Shown piece after piece: positions 18,301 to 27,178 of a DNA stretch of 64,000 nt. Both the position numbers and the translations under genes were made by a program. Position 1 is the first letter of the stretch; each line of letters opens with the position of its first letter. Source of the stretch: Eubacteriales bacterium (GTDB taxonomy: Bacteria; Bacillota; Clostridia; Oscillospirales; QAKW01); assembly GCA_045544255.1 (NCBI GenBank), contig JAZPYP010000028.1:13064-77063 (forward strand). Reading direction: 5' to 3'. Under the pieces are notes generated by a model, which had not been told where the DNA came from, searched no databases, and worked only from the letters and a program-made list of their open reading frames with translations.

Positions 18301-20258
18301 ATGCCGCCATTGCAAAACTTGCCCAAAAATTGGGCGATAAAGATATCGCAACCTATTATGGCAACCGCGCGCTTTACTACACTAAACTATTCAATGATGA
18401 AGTTGGGTTCTTCATGGGTAAAGATGCTTCCGGCAACTGGAGCACCGATGCAAGCAGCTATAATCCCCGCATTTGGAATGCCGACTATACCGAAACCAAT
18501 GGTTGGAACTATGCTTTCTCTGTGCCCTATGATGGCCAAGGCCTTGCCAATCTCTATGGCGGAAAGAAGCAGCTTGAAGAAAAGCTTGATGAATTCTTAT
18601 CCACCGATAGCCAGATTGTTTTAGGCGGCGAGCGGCCCACCAGCGATAGAACCATTCATGAGATGCTGGAGCAGCGAGAGGTTCGCCTTGGAGAATATGC
18701 CCATTCCAATCAGCCCTCGCATCATGCACTCTTTATGTATAACTATGCCAATGCCCCTGAAAAGACTCAATATTATACAAGAGATATTCTCGATCGCCTT
18801 TATGTTGGCTCCTCTATCGGCCAAGGCATGGTAGGCGATGAAGATAATGGTGAATCTTCCAGCTGGTTTATCCAAGCCTCTATGGGCATCTTTGCCGCCA
18901 ATGTTGGCTCCGGTAACTATACCTTCACCGCTCCCCTCTTTGATAAAGTAACCTTGCATTTAGAGAACGGAAACGACCTTGTAATCAAGGCAAACAACAA
19001 CAGCGATGAAAATGTATATATCCAAAGCCTGACCATCGATGGCAAGGCCTATAATTCCACTGTTATTTCTCATCAGGAATTCATTAACGCAAAAGAGATC
19101 GTATTTGAGATGGGCAATACTCCCTCCGAATGGGGCAAAACCGAGGATTCCCTCGATTCCATCACCACCGGAAAAGAGATTGCAACTCCTATGGAAGATC
19201 TCATGCCCTCTACTGTTGCAACCAGCCTTCCCGCAGCGAACGCAAGCGGAAACGCTGTTTATTCCACCACTGATGTGAAATGGATGGTAGACAACACCAA
19301 CTATTCTTATACCGGCATCAACAGCAAGAATGCTTCTGTTTACGCCTACTTTGAGAAGGGTGCTGTTATTGAGATGTATACCATCTCCACCTATGAAAAT
19401 ATAACCAATATGCCCACCACCGCCGCCCTTTACGGTTCCAATAACGGAAACGATTGGACCAAGCTAGATGAGCACAAGAACATCACCTTCAAGTGGCAAC
19501 GCTATGTGGAGCCCTTTGCAGTTGATAACGATGCTTCTTATAAGTATTATCGCTTGGATCTTTCCACCACTGCTTCCAGCATGATCATCGGTGAATTGGA
19601 GCTCTACGGATATCCTTATGCAGGCGCCAATCAAGAAGCTTTGAGCAAGTTAATTACTGAGGCCAAAGCGATTGATCAAAGCAAATATGGCACCGCTCTT
19701 ACATCCTTTAACGAAGCTATTGCAAAGGCGGAAGAAATCCATGCAAATTCCAACGCAACAGTGAAAGAGATTTATCAAGCCATGACCGCTTTGCAAGACG
19801 AAATGAAAGCTATTGCGCCTTCCGATGGTACCGCTAAAATTGAAGCCGAAAAATGCACTGCTTATAGCAATTTGGTTCTTGATGTTAATGCAGCGCGCTC
19901 CGGCGGCGGTAATCTCGGCGGCGTTAAACCGAATTCCTATGCATCATATAACTTCTTGGATTTCGGAAGCGGAGTAAGCAAGATCAAGATCAACTATTCC
20001 AGAAAGAACGGCGCCGATAATGGCGTTGTGCAAAGTCCGGATGCCACTGTTAAGATCTATATCGATGCCCTTCCTGCTGATGGCGGCACTTTGGTCGGCA
20101 CCATTTCGGAGCCCGCTTATACTGCTACCACTTGGGGAACTTATTTAGATCTTTCCACCAATCTTTCTTCTAATATTACAGGTATTCACACCGTTTACCT
20201 GGTATTTGAAGGAACCGGTCCGTGCGTTATCAATCTGGACTATTTCCAATTCTCATAA
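15303..20258 (+). CDS. Secreted multidomain GH92-like alpha-mannosidase with F5/8-type-C (CBM32-like) modules, a FIVAR-like helix and a C-terminal CBM6/35-like module
   Basis: 1651 aa with a signal peptide. GH92-like core motifs: GFWDTARTTPGVYPLL, MVGTHSDAMIADAYLRGI, EYAHSNQPSHHALFMYNY and GDEDNGESSSWF. Three discoidin-like repeats (DWTLYGSND, AWTLQGSND, ALYGSNNG). RBS AAGGAG. Confidence 0.8.
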   Translation: MKRKRVIAAITAAVLCVAMLATCAITFTLGYADSFYSSFEDNEKNAFLANTADKDGSGNARVQGLGYPLTDASGTIADFTASVTATEQTTGHNGSTAASLKDSNSSTKYITAVGNSKAYIIYTLNQPYVLQKYTITTANDTATYGRHPKDWTLYGSNDKSTWIPLDRQTNQSYVANFHVSTYNIKNSTPFLYYKLDITKNDGQNMIQIADWNLYGFTSLVGDFTSDVVKVEGTASRNNREVIGNLSDSSSGTKYLVDGGSATITYTLSKAQAMASYSLTSANDEPTRDPKAWTLQGSNDNAQWATLDTRSEITFADRYETKIFTTANTAAYKYYKLSITANNGAGMMQLADWNLASNQAGTAGLFTTLSSGPKGSYSNFSDRGWTGAKALAIRSSQTDENAYGYNVIYKDVDLYVGKNTQLSYMIYPDYVGSDKVADYDTEYTSHHISVDLKFTDGTYLSNLNAADQNGDIVAPDAQGQSHALYTKQWNQIKTKIGQVAKGKVIDQILIAFKKDEKKAHDSLGVLAYIDDIKIETAEKKVRKNQLSYTMTRRGSQSSSSFSRGLTFPGTTYPNGFNFWSMSTNEKWGKSADGTFFNYQPGNDITHFTITHQANYWIGDWGTFQFMPYTAENLSSATEAPTAAQRKSDYNRDTLVDQANYLKVDFADGTKAAGTTVELVPTNHGASIKFSFDKNVNKNIIFDSVNATANCQFTFNADGSFQGRTTHTGTGMVSGAPYMYFYGTFSKTPAATKVISASSADAIATFSDTEVVMNLATSFISADQAKHNLELEIGDKSFKKVYKETEAAWLDIMDRIEIEGGTEEQLTTFWSAIYRAYMYPNTMAENQGTNEAPKPVYASPYSADPAAPEIKEGNLYYNNGFWDTARTTPGVYPLLTPTAYGEYLDGFIEHYKESGWIGRWIAPNAINSMVGTHSDAMIADAYLRGIEFDYESGLESALRNASGYSSNVIYGREMTETSNYVGYVNNSLRQGMSWSLESYLNDAAIAKLAQKLGDKDIATYYGNRALYYTKLFNDEVGFFMGKDASGNWSTDASSYNPRIWNADYTETNGWNYAFSVPYDGQGLANLYGGKKQLEEKLDEFLSTDSQIVLGGERPTSDRTIHEMLEQREVRLGEYAHSNQPSHHALFMYNYANAPEKTQYYTRDILDRLYVGSSIGQGMVGDEDNGESSSWFIQASMGIFAANVGSGNYTFTAPLFDKVTLHLENGNDLVIKANNNSDENVYIQSLTIDGKAYNSTVISHQEFINAKEIVFEMGNTPSEWGKTEDSLDSITTGKEIATPMEDLMPSTVATSLPAANASGNAVYSTTDVKWMVDNTNYSYTGINSKNASVYAYFEKGAVIEMYTISTYENITNMPTTAALYGSNNGNDWTKLDEHKNITFKWQRYVEPFAVDNDASYKYYRLDLSTTASSMIIGELELYGYPYAGANQEALSKLITEAKAIDQSKYGTALTSFNEAIAKAEEIHANSNATVKEIYQAMTALQDEMKAIAPSDGTAKIEAEKCTAYSNLVLDVNAARSGGGNLGGVKPNSYASYNFLDFGSGVSKIKINYSRKNGADNGVVQSPDATVKIYIDALPADGGTLVGTISEPAYTATTWGTYLDLSTNLSSNITGIHTVYLVFEGTGPCVINLDYFQFS

Positions 20259-20271
20259 AAATCCGGTAACT

Positions 20272-20314
20272 AAAAAAACATCCCGAAGGGGCGCCCCTTC
20301 GGGATGTTTTTTAT
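20272..20314. terminator. Bidirectional intrinsic terminator shared by convergent genes
   Basis: Perfect hairpin ACAUCCCGAAGGGG-CG-CCCCUUCGGGAUGU flanked by A7 on the left and T6 on the right. Confidence 0.85.
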
Positions 20315-21096
20315 TTTCGCATAGCGCGGGGAGATTTGCCGAATTTAGCTGAAAAACGGCGGGAAAAATTCACATAATCATTAAATCCCGCAGTTGAACA
20401 AATTTCCGAGGAAGGCAGATCAGTGGTTCGGAGCAGATGCGAAGCATAATAAAAACGCAGGCTATCCACATATTCCTTAAAGCTCTGCCCCGTTTCCTGC
20501 TTAAAAAGAGTGCTTAAATAAGCGGGCGCAAGGCCTATATGTTCGGCGGTAGAAACCAAGGTGATCCCTGTGCGGAAATGCTCTAAAATATAAACAATAG
20601 CAGCCTGAACATGGGAATCCGGACGCTTTTTTTGCTTTGGAGCAAGTTGGAAAGCCTTTAGCAACACACACCGCAAAAAATGCAAGGCATTTTCCGGCTC
20701 CTTTTCGCAAAGCTCGATCGCCTCTTCCAAAAGCTTTTGAATCAAAGGCTGATCCTTTTCCGGAATGCGAAAGGAAGGATCGCGATTGGGCTGAAATAAA
20801 ACATAAAGCAATTCAGGCTCAAATACCGCGCAGGGGAACATAACAGTAACCCATTTGGCATGATAAACTTTAATATGATGAAAATCAGCAGGAGAATTCA
20901 GAAAAAGAGAACCGGGGGCAACTGTATAATTAAATCCGTTAATACTGTACTCACCATGACCTTCGTAAAAATAATCAAGTTCAAAGCAATCGTGGCTATG
21001 ATCCATTGGTCCCCCTTCATTTTCATGAAGAACCGCCGATATAATCCCCTTTTCGACATAGTTTTTAAGATAAAATATCCGCAAAGTAACCCTCAC
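20311..21096 (-). CDS. AraC-family transcriptional regulator (cupin sensor + HTH)
   Basis: 261-aa ORF with an N-terminal AraC-type cupin (HSHDCFELDYFYEGHG) and a C-terminal AraC HTH (GFNDYVNFSRRFSAKFGKSPR). The start is uncertain; ATG at 21006, after AGGGGGA, is an alternative. Confidence 0.85.
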   Translation of the reverse strand: MRVTLRIFYLKNYVEKGIISAVLHENEGGPMDHSHDCFELDYFYEGHGEYSINGFNYTVAPGSLFLNSPADFHHIKVYHAKWVTVMFPCAVFEPELLYVLFQPNRDPSFRIPEKDQPLIQKLLEEAIELCEKEPENALHFLRCVLLKAFQLAPKQKKRPDSHVQAAIVYILEHFRTGITLVSTAEHIGLAPAYLSTLFKQETGQSFKEYVDSLRFYYASHLLRTTDLPSSEICSTAGFNDYVNFSRRFSAKFGKSPRAMRK

Positions 21097-21173
21097 CCCC
21101 TATGCTTCATTATAATACAAAATCATAAAAATACAATACGACTCATCGTAGACATTCCAAAATGATCTGCCAT

Positions 21174-22040
21174 TTACTCAACACGCCGCTTATAGCTCAT
21201 TGGAGTGGCTCCAACATATTTTTTAAATACCTTTATAAAATAGGAGCAGTCATTAAATCCGCAATCGTAGCACGCTTCTGTTACATCTGCACCTTTGCTC
21301 AGAAGTTCCTTAGCAAGGGCGATTTTTTTGGCTTGAATATATGTCTTTAAAGGCGTTCCGACCTGATGGCTGAAATAACTGGAAAGATATTGAGGCGAGA
21401 ACCCTAAAGCATCGGAAATCTCTGTGACAGATTGCAGCTCGGCAGTATGATCCGCAACATAGCGAAGGATCCTTTTTAAAACTTCAGGCGTATGAGCAGT
21501 TTGAAGTTCTAAAGGCTCATCAATCTTTAAAAAGCGATCAATTTCATCAAGCAAAGATAAAAACAAACTCAAGGCACGCAGCTGATCATCTTTCCCCTCT
21601 TTAAAGCAATCACTGATCCCATAAAGGATATTAAGTATTTTGGGGCGAACAGACTCATCAAAAGAAATCAAATTACTGCGCCCATCAAGCTTATTTAAAA
21701 TAGGAAGAAGCGGATTCAAATGCATTCTATCAAAACTTTGCAAATCAACCAAAAAATAAAACCGCTCATATAAAACCTCTTTACTCAAAAGAGCCTTATG
21801 CACTTCTCGCGGGTTTATGATAACGATATCCCCTTTTTTTAATTTATAAAGGGAATTTTCAACAATATACTGATGATCCCCTTCGATATAAACATAAATC
21901 TCAACATAATTATTAATATGAAGAACATGTTTTTCCGGCCGATCCATGCTCCGATTATGAACAAACCGAATTGGAATACTTTCCTGCATCGCTATAAGAT
22001 CTGCGCTGATTCGAAAAAGATCGTTCATTTTTCTCTCCAT
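21174..22040 (-). CDS. AraC-family transcriptional regulator (cupin sensor + HTH)
   Basis: 288 aa. Motifs HINNYVEIYVYIEGDH and GFNDCSYFIKVFKKYVGATP. Divergent from the glycyl-radical operon. Confidence 0.85.
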   Translation of the reverse strand: MERKMNDLFRISADLIAMQESIPIRFVHNRSMDRPEKHVLHINNYVEIYVYIEGDHQYIVENSLYKLKKGDIVIINPREVHKALLSKEVLYERFYFLVDLQSFDRMHLNPLLPILNKLDGRSNLISFDESVRPKILNILYGISDCFKEGKDDQLRALSLFLSLLDEIDRFLKIDEPLELQTAHTPEVLKRILRYVADHTAELQSVTEISDALGFSPQYLSSYFSHQVGTPLKTYIQAKKIALAKELLSKGADVTEACYDCGFNDCSYFIKVFKKYVGATPMSYKRRVE

Positions 22041-22143
22041 CTTAAAAAATTACCATTTTTAGCGATAAAACTCCTATTAATAAGAGTTTTTCAATGCTAT
22101 TATATAAACAACAAAGAAAAAAGTCAAGGAGGAGATATACGAG

Positions 22144-24036
22144 ATGTATGTTTCAATTTTTTCAGACGAGTTGTTCAAGGATATCCACGAGGTATTACCC
22201 ATCATTAAAGAATGGGGCATGACTCATGTTGATTTTCGCGGAATGATCAATGGCAAGCCCATTGAAAAGCAAACCGACGAAGAGCTTTATGAACTTAAAG
22301 CTGCATTGGATCATTATGGCATCAAGCCCGGAATTATCCAATCCTCTCTTTGCAAGGTCCATCTGCCCGATGCAGAGCGGCAGGCACAGGAGATGGAAAA
22401 ATTAGAGGGCATTATTCGCGCCGCCAATATTTTAGGAACCAAATATGTGCGCAGCTTTTTCTATTGGCAGCATAAGCAAGAGGATCCCGCCTGCGGGGAG
22501 CTTGCCATGCGCCCCGATGCGTTAGCAGAGGTTTTGGAGATGTTTAAGCCTATTGCCAAGCGGGCAAAAGAAGCGGGGCTGATCCTTGCCTTTGAAAACT
22601 GCGGCGTTACTCCCGATGAAGTTATCTGCTTCTTGGATGCCCTCGGCAATCCCGATTGGGGAATGGCTTGGGATGTATCCAATATGTTTGAATTGCTTCC
22701 CGAAGCCCAAGACGACTGCGTTGACTACTTCACCAAAGCATTGAAATATGCCAATATGGTCCATGTGAAATCCCGCGGCGTTGCCACTCTTCCTCAATTA
22801 AAATATAAAAAAGTGCCTTGGGATCGCGTTTTAGCCGGTGTTGCTGTAACGGGCAAAGATATGGCTATATCGATTGAAACCCATGTGCCCATCGAGGCCA
22901 ATCTTGATAAAATTGAAACTTGCAAACATGTATATGAATATGTAAAGAAAAATATCCCCGCATCGGCTCCCGGAGATATGCTCTCCGCCCTTTCCCCTAA
23001 GCTTCGCTTTGAACGCCCTTATGCAGATAATCCTGTAAAGATGGTTGTTGTTGGCCTTGGAATGGGAAAAAATCGATGCGCACAGATCGCAGAAACCAAT
23101 GGCATTGAGCTTTATGGTGTTTGCGATATTAATGAAGAAAAAGCAAAAGCGGTTGCTGAGATGTATCATGTTCCCTACTCTACCGATTATCATGATTACC
23201 TTAAGGATCCTGCAGTCGAAGTTATGTATATCGTTACTCCCACCGGCACCCACTGCGACATTGCCATGGAATGCTTTGAAGCAGGCAAGCATGTTCTGAC
23301 CACGAAACCGATGGATGTGAACTACAAAAAATGCGACGAGGCCATTGCAATGGCCAAGGAAAAAGGGCTGCTTTTCGGCGTTGATTTCGATCTTCATTTC
23401 CGCGGCCCCTTAACAGAGCTGAAGCAAGCGGTTGATCACGGCTTCTTCGGGGAAAAGATTTTGGGAGCAAATATCACCCTAAATATTCGCCGCTCTCAAG
23501 AATACTATGATGAAAACGACGGCTGGAGAGGCACTTGGGCCATGGATGGCGGCGGGGCTTTAAGCAATCAAGGTATTCATGAAATCAATCGTTTGATCAC
23601 TATTTTAGGAATCCCCGATGAAGTGCGCGCCACCACCGCAACGCAATCCTTTGATATTGAGGCAGAGGATTATGGCTGCACCGAATGGAAATATAAAAAC
23701 GGAGCCATCGCCAGATTTGCAGTAACCACCTCTTTCCTTGCTTCCTCTTGGTATAGCCGCGTTGAGGTATATGGCAAGAAGGGCGCATACTTAAATGTTA
23801 GCGGCGGCGCGGAAGGCACCAACATTAGTTGGTATAGCGATGGGAAATGGACAGAAGAGGCCCCCTTCCCCTATGAAAGAGAATGGCAGCAGGGCAGCGA
23901 TAACTTTGCTTATTGCCTGCGAATGGGCACCCCTCTTGCTGTTACTGCAGAAGACGGAAGATGCGCCCGCTATGTTTTGGATAAAATCTATGAAAGCGCC
24001 AAGAATGGCGGCGAATGGACCAAAGTTGGTCTTTAA
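22144..24036 (+). CDS. Fusion protein: xylose-isomerase-like TIM barrel (sugar-phosphate isomerase/epimerase family) + Gfo/Idh/MocA NAD(P)-oxidoreductase
   Basis: 630 aa. N-terminal half carries TIM-barrel family traits (KYVRSF, LAFENCG, HVKS). C-terminal half has a Rossmann motif (KMVVVGLGMGKNR) and a HVLTTKPM (EKP-like) motif. RBS AAGGAGGAG. Confidence 0.78.
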   Translation: MYVSIFSDELFKDIHEVLPIIKEWGMTHVDFRGMINGKPIEKQTDEELYELKAALDHYGIKPGIIQSSLCKVHLPDAERQAQEMEKLEGIIRAANILGTKYVRSFFYWQHKQEDPACGELAMRPDALAEVLEMFKPIAKRAKEAGLILAFENCGVTPDEVICFLDALGNPDWGMAWDVSNMFELLPEAQDDCVDYFTKALKYANMVHVKSRGVATLPQLKYKKVPWDRVLAGVAVTGKDMAISIETHVPIEANLDKIETCKHVYEYVKKNIPASAPGDMLSALSPKLRFERPYADNPVKMVVVGLGMGKNRCAQIAETNGIELYGVCDINEEKAKAVAEMYHVPYSTDYHDYLKDPAVEVMYIVTPTGTHCDIAMECFEAGKHVLTTKPMDVNYKKCDEAIAMAKEKGLLFGVDFDLHFRGPLTELKQAVDHGFFGEKILGANITLNIRRSQEYYDENDGWRGTWAMDGGGALSNQGIHEINRLITILGIPDEVRATTATQSFDIEAEDYGCTEWKYKNGAIARFAVTTSFLASSWYSRVEVYGKKGAYLNVSGGAEGTNISWYSDGKWTEEAPFPYEREWQQGSDNFAYCLRMGTPLAVTAEDGRCARYVLDKIYESAKNGGEWTKVGL

Positions 24037-24048
24037 AAGGATAAAATA

Positions 24049-24945
24049 ATGAAACATTTAATTACCGATATCCAGCGATTTTCTTTAAACGACGGCCCCG
24101 GAATTCGAACAACAGTATTCTTTAAAGGATGCAACATGCACTGCTCTTGGTGCCATAATCCGGAAACCTTATCCACCAAAGAAAATTTAATGTTTTACCC
24201 TGCTAAATGCATTGGTTGCGGCAAGTGCTTCAGCACCTGCCCGCAAGGTGCTCATCAGGTAATCAATAATAAGCATATTATTGATCGCGCGCTCTGCAAT
24301 AATTGCGGAAAATGCGCCGCAATTTGCTATGCAGAAGCTTTGGTTATCAGCGGAAAAGAGATGACCATTGAGGAGATTATGGCAGAGGTGCGGCAGGATA
24401 AGGCTTATTATGAAGCATCCGGCGGTGGCGTTACCCTATCCGGTGGCGAAGTTCTTTGCCATGCCGATTTTGCATTGGAGCTTGCAAAAGCCTGCCATCA
24501 AGAAGGGATCTCTGTTGCCATCGAAACAAATCTTTCCTTCCCTCTTGACCAAATTCGCCCCCTTTTGGAGGAGATCGATTTAATAATGGCAGATTGCAAG
24601 ATTTATGATAATGCCATTCACAAAAAATATACCGGCATTGGGAATGAGCATATTTTAGAGAACATTCGCGCCATTAAAGAGCTTCCTATAATCATTCGCA
24701 CCCCACTGATTCCGGGCGTTACTGCATTTAAAGAAAATTTGCGAGCCATCGCGGCAGAACTTTCAAAAAAGGAAAATCTTCTTTATTACCAGTTGCTCAA
24801 TTTTAATCCTTTGGGCAGCGGGAAATATCAAAGCTTAGATTTTAAAAACGAATTTGCTTCTGCGCACCCTTATTCAGATGCGGAAATGAAGAAATTTGGC
24901 GAGATGCTTGCTGATATTTCGGTGAAAGTGAAGGTGGGTGAATAA
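24049..24945 (+). CDS. Glycyl-radical enzyme activating protein (radical SAM, with auxiliary ferredoxin-like clusters)
   Basis: 298 aa. N-terminus DIQRFSLNDGPGIRTTVFFKGCNMHCSWCHNPE (CX3CX2C), plus CIGCGKCFSTCP and CNNCGKCAAICY. Confidence 0.92.
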   Translation: MKHLITDIQRFSLNDGPGIRTTVFFKGCNMHCSWCHNPETLSTKENLMFYPAKCIGCGKCFSTCPQGAHQVINNKHIIDRALCNNCGKCAAICYAEALVISGKEMTIEEIMAEVRQDKAYYEASGGGVTLSGGEVLCHADFALELAKACHQEGISVAIETNLSFPLDQIRPLLEEIDLIMADCKIYDNAIHKKYTGIGNEHILENIRAIKELPIIIRTPLIPGVTAFKENLRAIAAELSKKENLLYYQLLNFNPLGSGKYQSLDFKNEFASAHPYSDAEMKKFGEMLADISVKVKVGE

Positions 24946-24946
24946 A

Positions 24947-27178
24947 ATGTCGAAGATTTGCTTTGTTAATACCTATCCAAAAGAAGCTCGTTATTCCTAT
25001 GAAGAGCGAATCGCGCTTCTTCGAGCGCGCAAGGTTGCGCAAACAGAAGAAAAAGCCAAAAATGGTGGCGCCGACGAGGATGATTACGGCTTGATCGAGC
25101 AAGATGAATTTCGTTTTGAACTAAAACCCAATCATGAAAACGGCTCCATTTATGGCTACGAAGCGTGGGCAGAAAACTATACCCGACTTCTTGAAAACCA
25201 TCCGATCTATTGCGATCCGATGGATGCATTTGTTGGAAAAGGCTTTTTATTTTTGGAGCGGTTGCGTCCCAAAACCTGCAAATGGAACCCTGCCTATCCC
25301 TTCGATGAATTAAAAAAGATCTTTGATCAATATAATATCATCTCCGGCATTGATAATTGCCACCACTTCACCCCTGATCTGCAGATCGGTTTCGACCTTG
25401 GATGGGGCGGGATCCTTCAAAAACTCAAGGAAGAAAAGGAAAAGCATGATAAAACTCATCATCGCTTCTATAATGCGGAAATTGCTGTGGTTGAAGCGAT
25501 TATCGCCTTTTTAAACCGCGCCGCCGACGAGCTTTTGCGGCTGTCAAAAGAAGAACGCAATACGCAACTTTCCGAAAATCTCTTGCAAATGGCGATCATG
25601 AATCGCAAACTTTCGGCCGGAAAGCCGGAAACCTTTAAAGAGGCAATCCAGTGGATGTGTTGGTTTAGTATGCTCTCTCGCACCTATAATCGCGGCAGCG
25701 CCGGCGGGCAATTAGACGAGATGCTCCGCCCCTATTATGAGCGCGATATTGCCGAAGGGCGCCTCGATGATGAGGAGGCAGTCTTTTATCTTGCCTGCCT
25801 TTTTCTGCAAGATAGCCGCTATTTTCAGTTAGGCGGCCCCGATATTCATGGCGAAGATATGACCTCAAAAGTTTCTTATCTTGCATTAGAAGCCGCAGAT
25901 AAAATAAATATTGCCTGCAATCTAACCATTCGCGTTCATGATAAAATGAATGAAGATTTCTTCCTGAAATCCATCGAATATCTTTTTAAGAATAAACAAG
26001 GTTGGCCGCGATATTCCTCGGATAACGCTTTAGTTGAAGGGTTTATGAAATGCGGATATTCCAAGGAACTTGCAAGAAGAAGAGTAGCCGCGGGCTGCCA
26101 TTGGATGTGTATCCCCGGAATGGAATATACCATGAACGATACCGTTAAGGTAAACCTTGCCCGCACCTTTGAAGTGGCATATAACGAAATGATGAAAGAG
26201 GGCTCCCCTTCTGTGGATCATCTTTTTATGCTTTACCGAAAGCATCTTAAAATTGCGGTAGATGCCACCGGTGCAGGTATTATGCATCATCTGCGGTATC
26301 AGACCGAAAGCCAGCCGGAGCTGATTTTAAACCTCTTTCAGCATGGGTTGATTGAAAAAGGCGTTAATATCACCGATGGCGGGGCCAACTATTATAACAT
26401 GTGTGTAGATGGAAGCGGTCTTGCAGTTGTTGCCGATAGTTTCGCCGCATTAGAGCAAAGAATCGAGCAAGAACAAAAACTAACCTATGAGGAACTTGAT
26501 TTACATATTAAAGCCAACTACGAAGATCCCGACGGGGAATATATCCGACAGTTGATGCTCCATAGTCAGCGCTATGGCGGAGGCGATTCTTTAGGAGATC
26601 GATGGGCAGGAAAAATCAAGGATCTTTATACCGAGCTTGTAAGAGATCTTTGCCGGCAGCATTCCGGAATCAACTTTATCCCCGGATTCTTTTCATGGAG
26701 CAACACCATTCTTTTAGGTAAAAGCGTTGGCGCAACGCCAAACGGAAGAAAAAGCGGAACGCCTATCAACCATGGTGCAAATCCATGCAGCGGATTTCGA
26801 GCAGATGGCGCTGTAACCTCTATGTGCAACAGCATCGCAAGGGTGCAGCCGGGTTACGGCAACACCGCACCGGTCCAGCTTGAGGTAGACCCCGGCATCG
26901 GCAACGATGCGGAAGGGATAAGAAAGATGGCTGCCATGGTTAAAACCATTATGAATACCGGCAACACTCTTTTAAATATCAATATTATTGATACCGATAA
27001 AATTTTAGAAGCGCATAAAGATCCTTTTAAATATCCCGATCTTGTTGTTCGCGTTACCGGTTTTACCGCTTATTTTGCCATGCTTTCTCCCGAATTTCGG
27101 CAGTTAGTGGTAGATCGCATCACCTCTGTTAACCCAAGACAACTAAAAAACGAAAAGGAGCAAAAAAATGATTACTGA
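24947..27178 (+). CDS. Glycyl radical enzyme of unassigned specificity (PFL2/dehydratase-like fold class)
   Basis: About 743 aa from ATG 24947, with RBS AAGGTGG upstream. C-terminal glycyl radical motif VVRVTGFTAYF (Gly codon at 27059-27061). Candidate Cys loop AAGCHWMCIPG lies about 320 residues upstream (Cys codon at 26096-26098). Confidence 0.9.
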   Translation: MSKICFVNTYPKEARYSYEERIALLRARKVAQTEEKAKNGGADEDDYGLIEQDEFRFELKPNHENGSIYGYEAWAENYTRLLENHPIYCDPMDAFVGKGFLFLERLRPKTCKWNPAYPFDELKKIFDQYNIISGIDNCHHFTPDLQIGFDLGWGGILQKLKEEKEKHDKTHHRFYNAEIAVVEAIIAFLNRAADELLRLSKEERNTQLSENLLQMAIMNRKLSAGKPETFKEAIQWMCWFSMLSRTYNRGSAGGQLDEMLRPYYERDIAEGRLDDEEAVFYLACLFLQDSRYFQLGGPDIHGEDMTSKVSYLALEAADKINIACNLTIRVHDKMNEDFFLKSIEYLFKNKQGWPRYSSDNALVEGFMKCGYSKELARRRVAAGCHWMCIPGMEYTMNDTVKVNLARTFEVAYNEMMKEGSPSVDHLFMLYRKHLKIAVDATGAGIMHHLRYQTESQPELILNLFQHGLIEKGVNITDGGANYYNMCVDGSGLAVVADSFAALEQRIEQEQKLTYEELDLHIKANYEDPDGEYIRQLMLHSQRYGGGDSLGDRWAGKIKDLYTELVRDLCRQHSGINFIPGFFSWSNTILLGKSVGATPNGRKSGTPINHGANPCSGFRADGAVTSMCNSIARVQPGYGNTAPVQLEVDPGIGNDAEGIRKMAAMVKTIMNTGNTLLNINIIDTDKILEAHKDPFKYPDLVVRVTGFTAYFAMLSPEFRQLVVDRITSVNPRQLKNEKEQKNDY

